A stretch of DNA of 24,000 bases from Neoroseomonas terrae (GCF_018129025.1 NZ_JAAEDI010000014.1:94521-118520), one strand, 5' to 3'; counted from the first letter of the stretch, positions 1-11,557 are shown. The notes: a model not told the origin generated them from the sequence alone. Numbers and translations are program-made.

Positions 1-18
1 TCACCAGCTCCGGCGGCC

Positions 19-22
<4 letters not shown>
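1..22 (-). CDS. First codons (partial, runs off window) of a further gene, presumably the second ABC ATP-binding subunit (DppF-like)
   Basis: ATG at 22..20 overlaps the TGA (21..19) of the upstream permease/ATPase gene as ATGA, the same coupling seen at other junctions in this array. It reads MRPPELV... The function is guessed only from usual Dpp/Opp operon order. Confidence 0.25.
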
Positions 23-1835
<1,813 letters not shown>

Positions 1836-1836
<1 letters not shown>

Positions 1837-2780
1837 CAGGCGCGGACCCGCGGGTCGATCATGCCATAGAGCAGGTCCACCGCCAGGTTCAGGGCGACGA
1901 AGATCGCCGCGATGACGAACAGCGTGCCGACGACGACCGGATAGTCGCGGCTGTTCACGGCGTCGACCATCATGCTGGAGATGCCGGGCCAGTTGAACAC
2001 GAACTCGGTCAGCACCGTGCCGCCGAGCATGGCGCCCATGTGCAGGGTCACGACTGTCACCACCGGCATCAGCGCATTGCGCAGCGCGTGATGCACCAGG
2101 ATGCGCAGCGGTGATGCCCCCTTGGACCGTGCGGTACGCACGAAGTCGCGGTTGAGGGTATCGAGCACCGCCGCGCGCGTCATGCGCAGGACCACCGCCG
2201 CAAAGCCCAGGCCGATCGCGATCGCTGGCATCATCAGCAGCTTGACATGGGCTGACGGGTTCTCGGCGAAAGGAACGTAGCCGCCGGTCGAAACCCATTC
2301 GAGCTGTCGGGCGAGCACCAGGATCATCAGCGTCGCGATGACGAAGACCGGCATGCCGTCGAAAACCGCCGCGAAGCCGTTGAGCGTTCGATCAAGCAGC
2401 CCGCCGCGGCGGACTGCCGCGAGCACGCCGAGCGGCACGCCGACCAGCGCGGCGAACACCGTTGCCGCGAGGATAAGTTCCAGTGTGCGGGGGAGACGGC
2501 GCCCGATCAGCTCGTCGACGGGTTCCTGGTCGAGCAGCGAATGCCCCAGTTCGCCGCGAGCAAGCCCGCGCAGCCAGTCGGCATACTGTTCCACCAAAGG
2601 CCGATCGAGACCGAGTTCTTCCCGCAAGGCCGCAACCGCGCTGGGGTCGGGGGCGAAGCCGCCTTCGGACAGCATGATCTCGGCCGGATCGCCCGGCACC
2701 AGATGGATGGCGCCGAACGCCATGGTCGCCACCATCCAGACGAGCAGCAGCGACAGGGCGACGCGCTTGGCAAACCACAT
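1836..2780 (-). CDS. ABC transporter permease, DppB/OppB-like
   Basis: Track ORF 1836..2783. The first codon in the track is GTG (2783) and an ATG follows at 2780, so the start could be either. Multi-TM protein with family motifs HLVPGDPAEIML and RTARSKGASPLRILVHHALRNAL. Its stop overlaps the next gene's ATG. Confidence 0.9.
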
Positions 2781-2789
2781 CACGACGGA

Positions 2790-4307
2790 TCAGCCGACGG
2801 TGACACCCTCCATCTGGATCGGTGAATAGGTCGTCAGGGAGTACGGCATGCGCTTGAAGCCCGTGACGTTGTGGCGCATCGCATAGCCTTCATGGCGCCA
2901 GCCCAGCCCGATCATGGCCGCTTCCTCGCCATTGGCCTTCTGGAGTTCGGCGTAGATCAGGCGGCGCCTTGCCGGGTCGAGCTCGGTGCGGCCATCCTGG
3001 AGCAGCTTCTCGATCCGCTCGCTGCGGAACCCGAAGGAACGCAGATAGCTTGGCGGTCCGACCAGCATCGAGGCGATGGCATCGGGATCGTTGTAGAAGC
3101 CGGTCGAGCCATAGAGGCCGAGCTCGTACTGACCGCGGTTCCCGCCCGTGGTGTAGCGTGCATAGTCCGCGAGCACGAGATTCACCTCGATCCCAATCTC
3201 GGCGAGGTTCTCCTTCACGACCTGGCCCGCACGCTGGAAGGCGCTGACGGAGCTGTAGCAGGGGACGTTGACGGAGAACCCGTTCGGGAACCCCGCCTCC
3301 GTGACCAGTTGCTTTGCGCGCGCCACGTCGCGACGGAATGGCTCACCGGCCAGTTCCAGCGAGAAGGACGCGCCCTCGGGTATCGGCAGGCCGTGCAGCG
3401 GCGCGCCATGACCGTAGAAGGTCGCGGCGACGAAGGCGTCGCGGTCCACGGCAAGCCCGACCGCCTGGCGCAGGCGTGCATCGGTGAATCGACCGCGCGT
3501 GAAGTTGAAGAGGAAGTAGTAGAATCCGCCGATACCGGTTTCGACCCGCACATTCGGGTTCTGGCGCATTGTCGTGATGGACTGCCAGGGCACGGCTTCC
3601 ATCAGGTCGGCATCGCCATTCTCAACCGCCGCGACGCGCAGGCTCTCGTCACCGTAATAGGTCGACCGGACATGCTCGATCTTCGGCAGGCCTTCGCGGT
3701 AGTAGCGCGGAAAGCGACGGAACACGAAGCCCTCGCCACGGACGCGGCTGACCATGGTGAACGGCCCGCAGCCGATCGGATCCTCGGGCGGCGTACCAGC
3801 CGACTTGGCGGAGATCATGGGCGCGAAGGGAGAAGCCAGGAGCAGGAGCAGGGTCGCCGACGGCCTCTTGAGCGCGACGCGCACGCGCCTCGGCCCGAGC
3901 ACCTCGACGGTCTCGACACTTTCGAAACTCTCCTTCAGGAAGGCCGTCGAGCCTTCCTTGATGATCTCGTTGAGCGAGTAGGCGATGTCGTTCGCGGTGA
4001 CGGGATCACCATTGTGGAAGTATGCCTCGCGCAGCTCGAAGATGTATTCGGTGGAGCTGGGCTGGGTCCAGGTCGCAAGCTCCGGCTGCACCTCGCCATC
4101 CGTGTTGTAGGATGCGAGGCCCCGATGCATCATCAGCTTGATGCCATTCCCGGTATTCCCGGAGGAGGCATAGGGCCGCAGCGTCGCGGGGAAGGTGGAC
4201 AAGGCGACGCGCAACGTGTCCGACGCCGCCCGCGCCGTGGAGATCGGCAGCCCCGCGGCGAGCGCCGCGAAGACGCTCATGCCCAGAAGATCGCGTCGCC
4301 CGGTCAT
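2790..4307 (-). CDS. ABC transporter substrate-binding protein, family 5 (peptide/nickel/opine type), Tat-like signal peptide
   Basis: 505-aa ORF. The N-terminus MTGRRDLLGMSVFAALAAGLPISTARA/AS has a twin-arginine motif and an AxA cleavage site. Length and sequence are typical of DppA/OppA-family SBPs. Its ATG (4307..4305) overlaps the upstream TGA (ATGA). Confidence 0.9.
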   Translation of the reverse strand: MTGRRDLLGMSVFAALAAGLPISTARAASDTLRVALSTFPATLRPYASSGNTGNGIKLMMHRGLASYNTDGEVQPELATWTQPSSTEYIFELREAYFHNGDPVTANDIAYSLNEIIKEGSTAFLKESFESVETVEVLGPRRVRVALKRPSATLLLLLASPFAPMISAKSAGTPPEDPIGCGPFTMVSRVRGEGFVFRRFPRYYREGLPKIEHVRSTYYGDESLRVAAVENGDADLMEAVPWQSITTMRQNPNVRVETGIGGFYYFLFNFTRGRFTDARLRQAVGLAVDRDAFVAATFYGHGAPLHGLPIPEGASFSLELAGEPFRRDVARAKQLVTEAGFPNGFSVNVPCYSSVSAFQRAGQVVKENLAEIGIEVNLVLADYARYTTGGNRGQYELGLYGSTGFYNDPDAIASMLVGPPSYLRSFGFRSERIEKLLQDGRTELDPARRRLIYAELQKANGEEAAMIGLGWRHEGYAMRHNVTGFKRMPYSLTTYSPIQMEGVTVG

Positions 4308-5647
4308 GCCACTTCTCCTTGGAAAGGCTGCGAGGATCGTTCGCCCGGCGCGACCACGACCCCCAAATGCTCACGCAGCGTGGTGCCCTCGTACTCCTTG
4401 CGGAACAGGCCACGGCGCTGCAGTTCCGGCACGACCATGTCGACGACATCCGCGAGCCCGCCCGGCAGATGCGGCGGCAGGATGTTGAAGCCATCGGCGC
4501 CGCCTTGCGTGAACCACGCCTCCATCTCGTCGACGACCTGTTCGGGCGTGCCGACGACGGAATGGTGTCCGCGACTGACCGCGATGCGTTCGTAGAGCTG
4601 GCGGATCGTGAGCTTCTCGCGCTCGGCGATGCCGTAGAGGATCTCGCTGCGGACCTGCGGCGCGGCATCGAGGCGCGGCACCGGACCGTCGATGTCATAG
4701 CCGGAGAAGTCGCCGACCATGTTGTAGAGCATCATGAGCCCGACCTGCGGGTCGAGCAGATCCTGCAACACGCGGAACTTGCGCTGCGCCTCCTCCTCGG
4801 TGGCGCCGACGATGATCGAGAAGCCCGGCATGATCGCAAGCTGTTCGGGACGCCGCCCGTACTTGGGCATGCGATCCTTGACCGAACGATAGAAGGCCTG
4901 CGCCTCCGCAAGCGTCTGCGATGCGGCGTAGATCACATCGGCATGCGCGGCGGCGATCTCCCGCCCGCGATCGGTCGCGCCGGCCTGGATGATGACGGGA
5001 CGGCCCTGCGGGCTGCGCGGCACATTGAGCGGGCCGCGCACCGTGAAGTGCCGGCCGCGATGATCCAGCACATGCATCCTGGACGGGTCGAAGAAGGTGC
5101 CGGACGCCTTGTCCATGGGGAAGGCGTCTTCATCCCAGCTGTCCCACAGGCCCTTCACCACCTCGACGAACTCGGCGGCGCGGTCGTAGCGGCCGAGCTT
5201 CTCGGGCGGCTGCTCCAGGCCGAAATTCAGCGCCTCCGCCTCCGACCAGGACGTGACCAGGTTCCAGCCCGCGCGACCCTTGCTGATATGGTCGAGCGAG
5301 GCAAATTTCCGCGCGATGTGATAGGGCTCGTTGTAGGTGGTGGACGCGGTCGCGATCAGCCCGATGCGGCTCGTGACCATCGACAGCGCGCCGAGCAGCG
5401 TCAGCGGTTCGAAATTCACGATGTCATGCGCGACCATGTGGCGCGCCGCATGTTCCTTCGCACGCACGCCGACGCCGTCGGCGAGGAATGCCATGTCGAA
5501 CTTGCCGCGCTCGGCGATCTGGGCGACCTGGACATAGTTGTCCAGGTCGATCTCCGCGCGGGATGGCGCATCCGGATGGCGCCAGGCCGCGATGTGATAC
5601 GGGTTGCGCATCGACACGCCGAGATGGATCTGCCTGGGAGACGTCAT
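4304..5647 (-). CDS. LLM-class flavin-dependent monooxygenase, NtaA/SnaA/DszA (nitrilotriacetate monooxygenase component A) family
   Basis: Track ORF 4304..5683. The family-typical N-terminus starts at the ATG at 5647 (MTSPRQIHLGVSMRNPYHIAAWRHPDA...), and ATG 5683 is an alternative start. About 447 aa with conserved stretches FDMAFLADG, YNEPYHIARKFASLDHISKGRAGWNLVTS and GGADGFNILP. Confidence 0.85.
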   Translation of the reverse strand: MTSPRQIHLGVSMRNPYHIAAWRHPDAPSRAEIDLDNYVQVAQIAERGKFDMAFLADGVGVRAKEHAARHMVAHDIVNFEPLTLLGALSMVTSRIGLIATASTTYNEPYHIARKFASLDHISKGRAGWNLVTSWSEAEALNFGLEQPPEKLGRYDRAAEFVEVVKGLWDSWDEDAFPMDKASGTFFDPSRMHVLDHRGRHFTVRGPLNVPRSPQGRPVIIQAGATDRGREIAAAHADVIYAASQTLAEAQAFYRSVKDRMPKYGRRPEQLAIMPGFSIIVGATEEEAQRKFRVLQDLLDPQVGLMMLYNMVGDFSGYDIDGPVPRLDAAPQVRSEILYGIAEREKLTIRQLYERIAVSRGHHSVVGTPEQVVDEMEAWFTQGGADGFNILPPHLPGGLADVVDMVVPELQRRGLFRKEYEGTTLREHLGVVVAPGERSSQPFQGEVA

Positions 5648-5759
5648 TGCCTGGGATTCCCGATGCAGCGTGATCGTGCGCATTCGCCTGCGGACACGAC
5701 TCTATCGATTGAACCGCGCAGCAAGTGGCGTGCCATCGGCGGCATCGCCGCGAACAGCC

Positions 5760-5781
5760 GCGATGGCTTGCTCACCATCGC
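5760..5781. other. Intergenic hairpin (7-bp perfect stem GCGATGG/CCATCGC, 8-nt loop) in the only sizeable gap of the minus-strand array
   Basis: Read directly from gcgatgg-cttgctca-ccatcgc. No T/U tract follows on either strand, so its role (attenuator, processing site or none) is open. Confidence 0.25.
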
Positions 5782-5829
5782 GTGTCGCTGCGCAATTGTG
5801 CGGCGAATGATGCGCACCGCGGCATCGCG

Positions 5830-6624
5830 TCACGCCACTGGCGCGCGGAGATCAGCCAGCTTCATGTGCTCGACCAGCTTCGACGTCTGATCGACGATGT
5901 AGTCGGCGAAGATCTTGCCGGCGGCGGCGTTCGAGATCGAGGTGTCGCCATTCACCGTGCCATCGGTGTGATCGGTGATGTGCATCGGCACATAGACGTC
6001 GAGTTCACCCATGCGCACGGAGTTCAATCCCTGCGTCGGCAGCCCCATCAGGATCTTCCCGTTGTGCACCGGGTCCGCGAGTTCCGGACGGCGGAGCTCG
6101 GGATAGAGATGCGCATAGACCGAGCCGATCGGATCGACGCCATGCCCGACCGATGCCTTCCAGTTCGGTCCGTGCGCCTGTTCGCGCACGCGCGCCGGAA
6201 CCATCGGCCAGATGTCGATGAAAGGAACGATGATGCCTCGCTCGCGGCGAATGTCGCGCACCAGCCGGTCGAGCAGCGCGTGGTTGCCGGTATGGCCGTT
6301 GAACACCAGGAGACGGTTCACCCCATGATCAAGGAATGCCCCGATCATGTCGCGCACCACGCCGGTGAAGCTCTCGGGCGAGACCTGGATGCCGCCGGGA
6401 ACGGCACGGAAGGAATCGGACCAGCCGAACGGAAAGGTCGGCGCGACCAGCGCCCCGGTGCGCTCAGCGACCTGCGCGGCAAGGTCGCGCGCCAGCATGA
6501 AGTCGCCCATCGGGTTGCACGGCCCCTGCACCTCCTGGCTGCCGAGCGGCAGCAGGATCACCGGATCCTCGGCCATGCGTTCCTTGAATTCGACCGAGGT
6601 CATCTGCTCGATGAGGTACTTCAT
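5830..6624 (-). CDS. Creatininase-family protein (creatinine amidohydrolase / MftE-like fold), 264 aa
   Basis: Track ORF 5830..6627 begins with TTG. An ATG at 6624 follows, preceded by GGAG about 9-12 nt upstream. Family-like motifs are LPLGSQEVQGP near the N-terminus and VFNGHTGN in the middle. Confidence 0.8.
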   Translation of the reverse strand: MKYLIEQMTSVEFKERMAEDPVILLPLGSQEVQGPCNPMGDFMLARDLAAQVAERTGALVAPTFPFGWSDSFRAVPGGIQVSPESFTGVVRDMIGAFLDHGVNRLLVFNGHTGNHALLDRLVRDIRRERGIIVPFIDIWPMVPARVREQAHGPNWKASVGHGVDPIGSVYAHLYPELRRPELADPVHNGKILMGLPTQGLNSVRMGELDVYVPMHITDHTDGTVNGDTSISNAAAGKIFADYIVDQTSKLVEHMKLADLRAPVA

Positions 6625-6663
6625 CAATCCACTCCGGAATGGTCCTGGAAGGCGGCGGTGGGT

Positions 6664-7407
6664 TCAGGTGTCGGGCCGCCAGCCGATCTTGCGCAGCAGC
6701 GCCTGCCACTCGGCGCGGCCATATTCGTCGCCATCCCGCCAGCGGCGCATCTTCGCGCCGATCTGCGGGACCAGCGCGGCATCGACCTCAACCGGCGCGA
6801 CGCCGAGCGAGCGCGACAGCACCTCCACGTCGCAGGCGCGATCCAGCTTGTACATGCGCAGCATCGTGCCATGCACATTCCGGCCGAAGGTCAGCAGGCC
6901 GTGATTGTGCAGGACGACGCAGCTGCCGAGGCGGCAAGTCTCGCCCAACGCATCGCATTCCTCCTGCGTCGAAGGCATGCCGTACGCATGGTAGGCAAGG
7001 TCATCATAGACATGCAGCACATCCTGGCTGATCGGCCGCAGCCCATTGGGCAGGAGGGAGGCTGCCATCCCGGCGCGGGTATGCGTGTGCAGCACGAAAT
7101 TCGCGTCCGGGCGCGCCAGCAGGACACCGCTGTGAATGGCGAAGCCCGCCTTGTTGAAGCGTCGGGAGTCGCCGATCACATTGCCCCGCATGTCCATCTT
7201 CACGAGGCTTGCGGGCGTGATTTCCTCGAACAGCTCGCCATAGTGGTTGATGAGGAAGGTGTCGGGCTCGTCCGGGATGCGGGCCGAGATGTGCGTATTG
7301 ACCAGATCGGTCCAGCCGAGATGCTCGCTGACGCGATACAGCGCGGCGAGTTCACACCGCGCTTGCCATTCGGCCGCCGACATGGTGGGGCTTGCGGCGA
7401 GCGACAT
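6664..7407 (-). CDS. Class II aldolase / adducin-domain protein, 247 aa
   Basis: Track ORF 6664..7473 trimmed to ATG 7407, 1 nt after the upstream stop (7411..7409). ATG 7383 is an alternative start. Family motifs are INHYGELFEEITPASLVKMD, AIHSGVLLARPDANFVLHTHT (metal-binding HxH) and VLHNHGLLTFG. Confidence 0.85.
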   Translation of the reverse strand: MSLAASPTMSAAEWQARCELAALYRVSEHLGWTDLVNTHISARIPDEPDTFLINHYGELFEEITPASLVKMDMRGNVIGDSRRFNKAGFAIHSGVLLARPDANFVLHTHTRAGMAASLLPNGLRPISQDVLHVYDDLAYHAYGMPSTQEECDALGETCRLGSCVVLHNHGLLTFGRNVHGTMLRMYKLDRACDVEVLSRSLGVAPVEVDAALVPQIGAKMRRWRDGDEYGRAEWQALLRKIGWRPDT

Positions 7408-7408
7408 C

Positions 7409-8809
7409 TCAGCGCACAGCCTCGGCCACCCGGGCGCCGACCTCCTCCTCGGCCTTGAGCATGCGCAGCGCACGGCGCCAGCCCGCGACCGCCCAATCCT
7501 GTTCCGCCTGGCCGTGCGTCGCGGAGAGGATCAGGCCACGGCTTCCCTTCGGGTCGATGCCGTTGAGCACCAGGGCGAGATAGAGCTTCGCCAGCATCGT
7601 CTTGCGCGGATCACTCGCCAGCACGGATGCCGGTTGTGCCATGGCGTCGAAGTCGAGCGGGTCGATCCGCATCCCCTGCGGGTTGGTGAAGAAGTGCAGC
7701 ACGGAATGTTCCCCATAGACCGACCAGGGGATGCCTTCCTCCACCAATACCTGGTTGAAGGCCACGCGCAGCGCCTGCGCCGCGGCGGTCGCGCGCTCAC
7801 AGACGTCGCCGTCGCGGATCAGCGTCAGCGCGGCGATCGCCGCCGCGGCCGAGACCGGATTGGCGTTGTAGGTGCCCTGGTGCTTGATCTTCTCCCGCCC
7901 GCTCGCGGCGGCGGCGTCGAAGTCGAGCCAGTCGAGGATCTCCCAGCGCCCCGCCACTGCGCCGCCGGGCAGACCGCCGGCGACGATCTTCGCAAGGGTG
8001 CATAGGTCCGGCGTGACGCCGAGCGCGCCCTGTGCGCCGCCGGGCGAAACGCGGAAGCCGGTCACCACCTCGTCGAAGATCAGCACGACGCCATGCTGGC
8101 GCGTCAGCGCGCGCAGGCCGTGCAGGAACTCGGCCGAGACCGGCACCGCGCCCGTCGAGGCGCCGGTCGGCTCGATGATGACGGCGGCGATGTCGTCATG
8201 TTCGTCGAGTGCCTGCTCGACCGCCGCGATGTCGCCGGGCGGGACGAGCAGCACCTCCGCCGCGATCTCGGGCAGCACGCCCGGTGTGGGCGACCCGTCG
8301 AAATGGCCATCGACGCCGAAGGCCATGTGGTCATGCCAGCCGTGGAAGTGCCGCTGGAACCGCAGGATACGCGGCTTGCCGGTGAAGGCACGCGCGAGGC
8401 GCAGCGCCATGTGCGTCGCCTCGGTGCCGGAGGAGGTGAAGCGCACGCGTTCGGCGCAGGGCACCATCTCCTGGATCAGCCCCGCCCATTCGACCTCGAG
8501 CGCGTGGCAGCTGCCGAAATGCGTGCCGAGGGCGAGCTGCCGCTGCGCGGCCGCGGTGATGTCGGGGTGGCAGTGACCGAGGATCAGGGCGCCGTGGCCG
8601 CCGTAGAAATCGACGATCTCGCGCCCGTCCACGTCCCATTTGCGCGGCCCCGTCGCGCGTTCCGTGTACATCGGATAGGGGTCGGTATAGCGGCTGTCAT
8701 GCACGACGCCGCTCGGCAGGCGCTGCGCCGCCTGCGCATGCAGCGCGGCCGAGCCGGGCGTCGCTTCGACATAGGCGGCGACGATCGGGGAGTTGCTGCG
8801 CGACAACAT
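7409..8809 (-). CDS. Class-III (PLP-dependent) aminotransferase, glutamate-1-semialdehyde aminomutase-like, 466 aa
   Basis: Track ORF 7409..8962 trimmed to ATG 8809 (MLSRSNSP...), 4 nt after the upstream stop. Motifs are DFYGGHGALILGH, FTSSGTEATHMALRLAR, VIIEPTGAS, IFDEVVTGFR and the PLP-lysine context TLAKIVAGGLPGGAV. Confidence 0.9.
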   Translation of the reverse strand: MLSRSNSPIVAAYVEATPGSAALHAQAAQRLPSGVVHDSRYTDPYPMYTERATGPRKWDVDGREIVDFYGGHGALILGHCHPDITAAAQRQLALGTHFGSCHALEVEWAGLIQEMVPCAERVRFTSSGTEATHMALRLARAFTGKPRILRFQRHFHGWHDHMAFGVDGHFDGSPTPGVLPEIAAEVLLVPPGDIAAVEQALDEHDDIAAVIIEPTGASTGAVPVSAEFLHGLRALTRQHGVVLIFDEVVTGFRVSPGGAQGALGVTPDLCTLAKIVAGGLPGGAVAGRWEILDWLDFDAAAASGREKIKHQGTYNANPVSAAAAIAALTLIRDGDVCERATAAAQALRVAFNQVLVEEGIPWSVYGEHSVLHFFTNPQGMRIDPLDFDAMAQPASVLASDPRKTMLAKLYLALVLNGIDPKGSRGLILSATHGQAEQDWAVAGWRRALRMLKAEEEVGARVAEAVR

Positions 8810-8813
8810 GATG

Positions 8814-9962
8814 TCAGGCCGGCAGCGCGTCGGAAGCAGCGTGCCAGAGGCGGCCGCCCAGCACGACGCTGTCCAGGGCGAAGCGCTGCTTGCCCCGCAT
8901 CTTCTCGCCGACCACGTCGGTATAGAGGAAGTCACCGTCCTCGATGCGCAGCACCGTCGCATCGCCCGTGGTGCCGATCGTGAGATCGGCGAGGTCCGGA
9001 CGCTTCAGCACATGCGCCGGCGTGGCCGTCACCGCGCGCACGATCTCGGTAAGCGGCATGCCGAGGCAAAGGAACTTCGACATGGTGACAAGGTTGTCAT
9101 AGGCCGGCCCGTCGATGCATTGCACATGCACGTCGGAGCTGATGATGTCCGGCGGAAAGCCGCCTTCCAGCATGGCCCGCGCGACCTTGAAGGCGAAGGA
9201 CCCGCGGCCGTGGCCGATGTCGAAATACACGCCCTTCTCGCGCGCTGCCCACAGCCCTTCCTTGATGCGGCCATCGGCATAGACGGGTGCATTCGGGAAT
9301 GGCTTGTAGCAATGCGTCAGGATGTCGCCGGGGCGCAGCACCTCGAGCACATCGACATAGCGCGGCGGCGGCTTGTCGATATGGCACATGGTCGGCAGGC
9401 CGGCGAGGTCGGCAGCCTCAATCGCGTGATAGAGCGGCGCGATGCCGTTCGATCCGCTGGTATTCGCGCCGATGCGGACCTTCACGCCGCGGATCGCGTC
9501 GGGGAATTCGCGCGCCACCTTGGCACAGGCCGGCGCGCTCATCAGGCGTAGATCCTCGCTTTCCCCCATGATGGTGAAAGCAAAGATGCCGGCATGGGAG
9601 ATGTGCAGATAGGCGAGGATGCGCGTCTGGCTCGGCTCGATGACGTGCTTGAGAAAGCCGGGGAAGTTGCCGGGGCCGGCGCTGCCCACATCGAGCCAGG
9701 TCGTCGTGCCGGCCTGCCGCGCGAGAATGTCGGCATCGACACTGATGGAGGTGCCGCCCCAGTAGACATGCGTATGGAAGTCGATCATGCCGGGCATGAC
9801 CATGCAGCCGGCGACATTGCGCTCCTCAGCCGCCTTGGCGCTGCCGATCGCCTCGCCGAGTGCCGCGACCTTGCCGCCGGCGAAAGCGATGTCGGTCACC
9901 GTGTCGACGCCGCCGCCCGGATCGAGCACGCGGCCGCCGCGCAGGATCAGATCGTATTGCAT
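8814..9962 (-). CDS. Metal-dependent amidohydrolase (dihydroorotase/deacetylase-like superfamily), 382 aa
   Basis: Track ORF 8814..10298 trimmed to ATG 9962 (MQYDLILRGGRVLDP...), preceded by GGAG. It has the amidohydrolase signature MPGMIDFHTHVYWGG (HxH metal site) and the typical beta-sandwich N-terminus. Confidence 0.85.
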   Translation of the reverse strand: MQYDLILRGGRVLDPGGGVDTVTDIAFAGGKVAALGEAIGSAKAAEERNVAGCMVMPGMIDFHTHVYWGGTSISVDADILARQAGTTTWLDVGSAGPGNFPGFLKHVIEPSQTRILAYLHISHAGIFAFTIMGESEDLRLMSAPACAKVAREFPDAIRGVKVRIGANTSGSNGIAPLYHAIEAADLAGLPTMCHIDKPPPRYVDVLEVLRPGDILTHCYKPFPNAPVYADGRIKEGLWAAREKGVYFDIGHGRGSFAFKVARAMLEGGFPPDIISSDVHVQCIDGPAYDNLVTMSKFLCLGMPLTEIVRAVTATPAHVLKRPDLADLTIGTTGDATVLRIEDGDFLYTDVVGEKMRGKQRFALDSVVLGGRLWHAASDALPA

Positions 9963-9979
9963 GTCTTGCTCCGTTTCCC

Positions 9980-11557
9980 TCAGGCTTTCGTCACACCCCA
10001 GAATTGCGGGAAGGGCGCCTGCACGACGCCGCGCACATTGTCTCGCCAGGCCGTATGGCCCAGGAAGAATCCGGTCGGGATGGAGGTCACGAAGTCCATC
10101 GAGACGCGGTTGATGCGGTCGATCGCCTCGCGGGCCTGGGCATCGTCCACGGCGGCGTACCAGGATGCGATCGCCTCCTGCACCGAATCCGAGCTCGGCC
10201 AGCCGAACCAGGCGCGATCGCCACTGGCCGCGAGCCCGTTGTAGCCGGCGGGAACGAGGCAGGATGCGCCGGCGCTCCAGGTGTGGAAGATGTGCCACCC
10301 GCCCTGGGATGGCGGCGCCTTGCTGGCGCGGCGCTGGCCGACCGTGCCCCAGTCGAGCGACTGGAAATCCACGTTCATGCCGAGGCGGTTGGCCAGCAGG
10401 TCGCGCGTGACGTCGGATTGCGCCTTGTTGATGTGGACGTCCGAGGTCGCGAGCAGCACGATCGGCTCGCCGTCATAGCCGCTCTCGGCGAGCAGGCGCT
10501 TCGCCTCGTCGTAGCGACGCGGGCCTTTGAGCACGTCGCCGCCGACCTCGGTATAAGTGGGCGTGCCGGGCGTGAAGAAGCCGGGCATCGGGCGCCACAG
10601 GTCGGCGTCGTCGCCGACGATCGCGCGCATGTAGTCTTCCTGGCTCAGTGCGAGCTGGATGGCGCGCCGCGCACGCACATCGTTGAACGGCGGATGGAGG
10701 TGGTTCATCCGGAAGGTGCCGACATTGCCGAGCGGATCGGCGATATCGACCTTGATGCGCCGGTTGCGGCGAAGCAGCGGCACGAGGTCGACGATCGGGC
10801 TTTCCCACCAGTCGATCTCGCCGCTGCTCAGCGCGTTCGCGGCCGTCGACGGATCGGGCATGGTGATCCACTCGATGCGATCGAAGGCCATCGGCTTGCC
10901 GCCGGCGAGCCAGTCCGACGGCTCGTCGCGCGACCGGAAGTGCGGCGAGCGCACGAAGACCGCACGCGCGCCGGCCAGCCATTCGTCGCGTTTGAACATC
11001 ATCGGCCCGGAGCCGATGAACTCCGGCACGACGCGATGCGGGTCGAGCGAGGCGATGCGTTCCGGCATGACCACCGCCGAGGCCGGCTTGCCCAGCGCCC
11101 AGAGGAGCTGCGGCATCGGCTGCTTCAGGCGGATGCGGAAGCTGCGGTCGTCGATCCCCTCGATAGCGTCAAGGCGCGAGAGGATCATCGGTCCCATCGT
11201 ATCGCGCGCCAGCCAGCGCCGGAGGCTGGCGACGGCGTCGCGGGTCAGGACCGGCTCGCCGTCATGGAAGCGCAGCCCTTCGCGCAGGCGGAAGGTCCAG
11301 ACCTTCCCGTCGCTCGACAGGTCATAGGCCTCGACCATCTGCGGCCGGGGCACGAGGCGGGAGTCGACGCCGAACAGCGTGTCGTAGACGAGGTACGACG
11401 CGTTGCGCACGACGATCTGCGTGCCGGCGATCGGATCAATGTTCGGAAGGTCGGCCTGCGGCACGAAACGCAGCACGCGCTGTGCTTGCGCGGAGGCCAG
11501 TCGGGGCATCGCCACGGCGGCGGCAACGGCTGATCCAAGGTCTCGGCGACGGAACAT
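9980..11557 (-). CDS. ABC transporter substrate-binding protein, family 5, Tat-like signal peptide (second SBP, first gene of the array)
   Basis: 525-aa ORF with ATG at 11557. The N-terminus is MFRRRDLGSAVAAAVAMPRLASA/QA. Family-5 features include VPQADLPNIDP, WTFRLREGLRFHDGEPV and IDWWESP. AGGGGA lies about 8-14 nt upstream of the ATG. Confidence 0.9.
   Translation of the reverse strand: MFRRRDLGSAVAAAVAMPRLASAQAQRVLRFVPQADLPNIDPIAGTQIVVRNASYLVYDTLFGVDSRLVPRPQMVEAYDLSSDGKVWTFRLREGLRFHDGEPVLTRDAVASLRRWLARDTMGPMILSRLDAIEGIDDRSFRIRLKQPMPQLLWALGKPASAVVMPERIASLDPHRVVPEFIGSGPMMFKRDEWLAGARAVFVRSPHFRSRDEPSDWLAGGKPMAFDRIEWITMPDPSTAANALSSGEIDWWESPIVDLVPLLRRNRRIKVDIADPLGNVGTFRMNHLHPPFNDVRARRAIQLALSQEDYMRAIVGDDADLWRPMPGFFTPGTPTYTEVGGDVLKGPRRYDEAKRLLAESGYDGEPIVLLATSDVHINKAQSDVTRDLLANRLGMNVDFQSLDWGTVGQRRASKAPPSQGGWHIFHTWSAGASCLVPAGYNGLAASGDRAWFGWPSSDSVQEAIASWYAAVDDAQAREAIDRINRVSMDFVTSIPTGFFLGHTAWRDNVRGVVQAPFPQFWGVTKA

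Noticed and set aside
1837-2298. N-terminal extensions of track ORFs: 19..2298, 4304..5683, 7409..8962, 8814..10298, 6664..7473, 17428..20529 and 20195..23968.
   Set aside because: The extensions overlap the preceding gene in another frame and have junk-like composition. Family-typical N-termini begin at internal ATGs that abut or overlap the upstream stop codons, so I trimmed the starts. 5683 and 23968/23923 remain possible alternatives.
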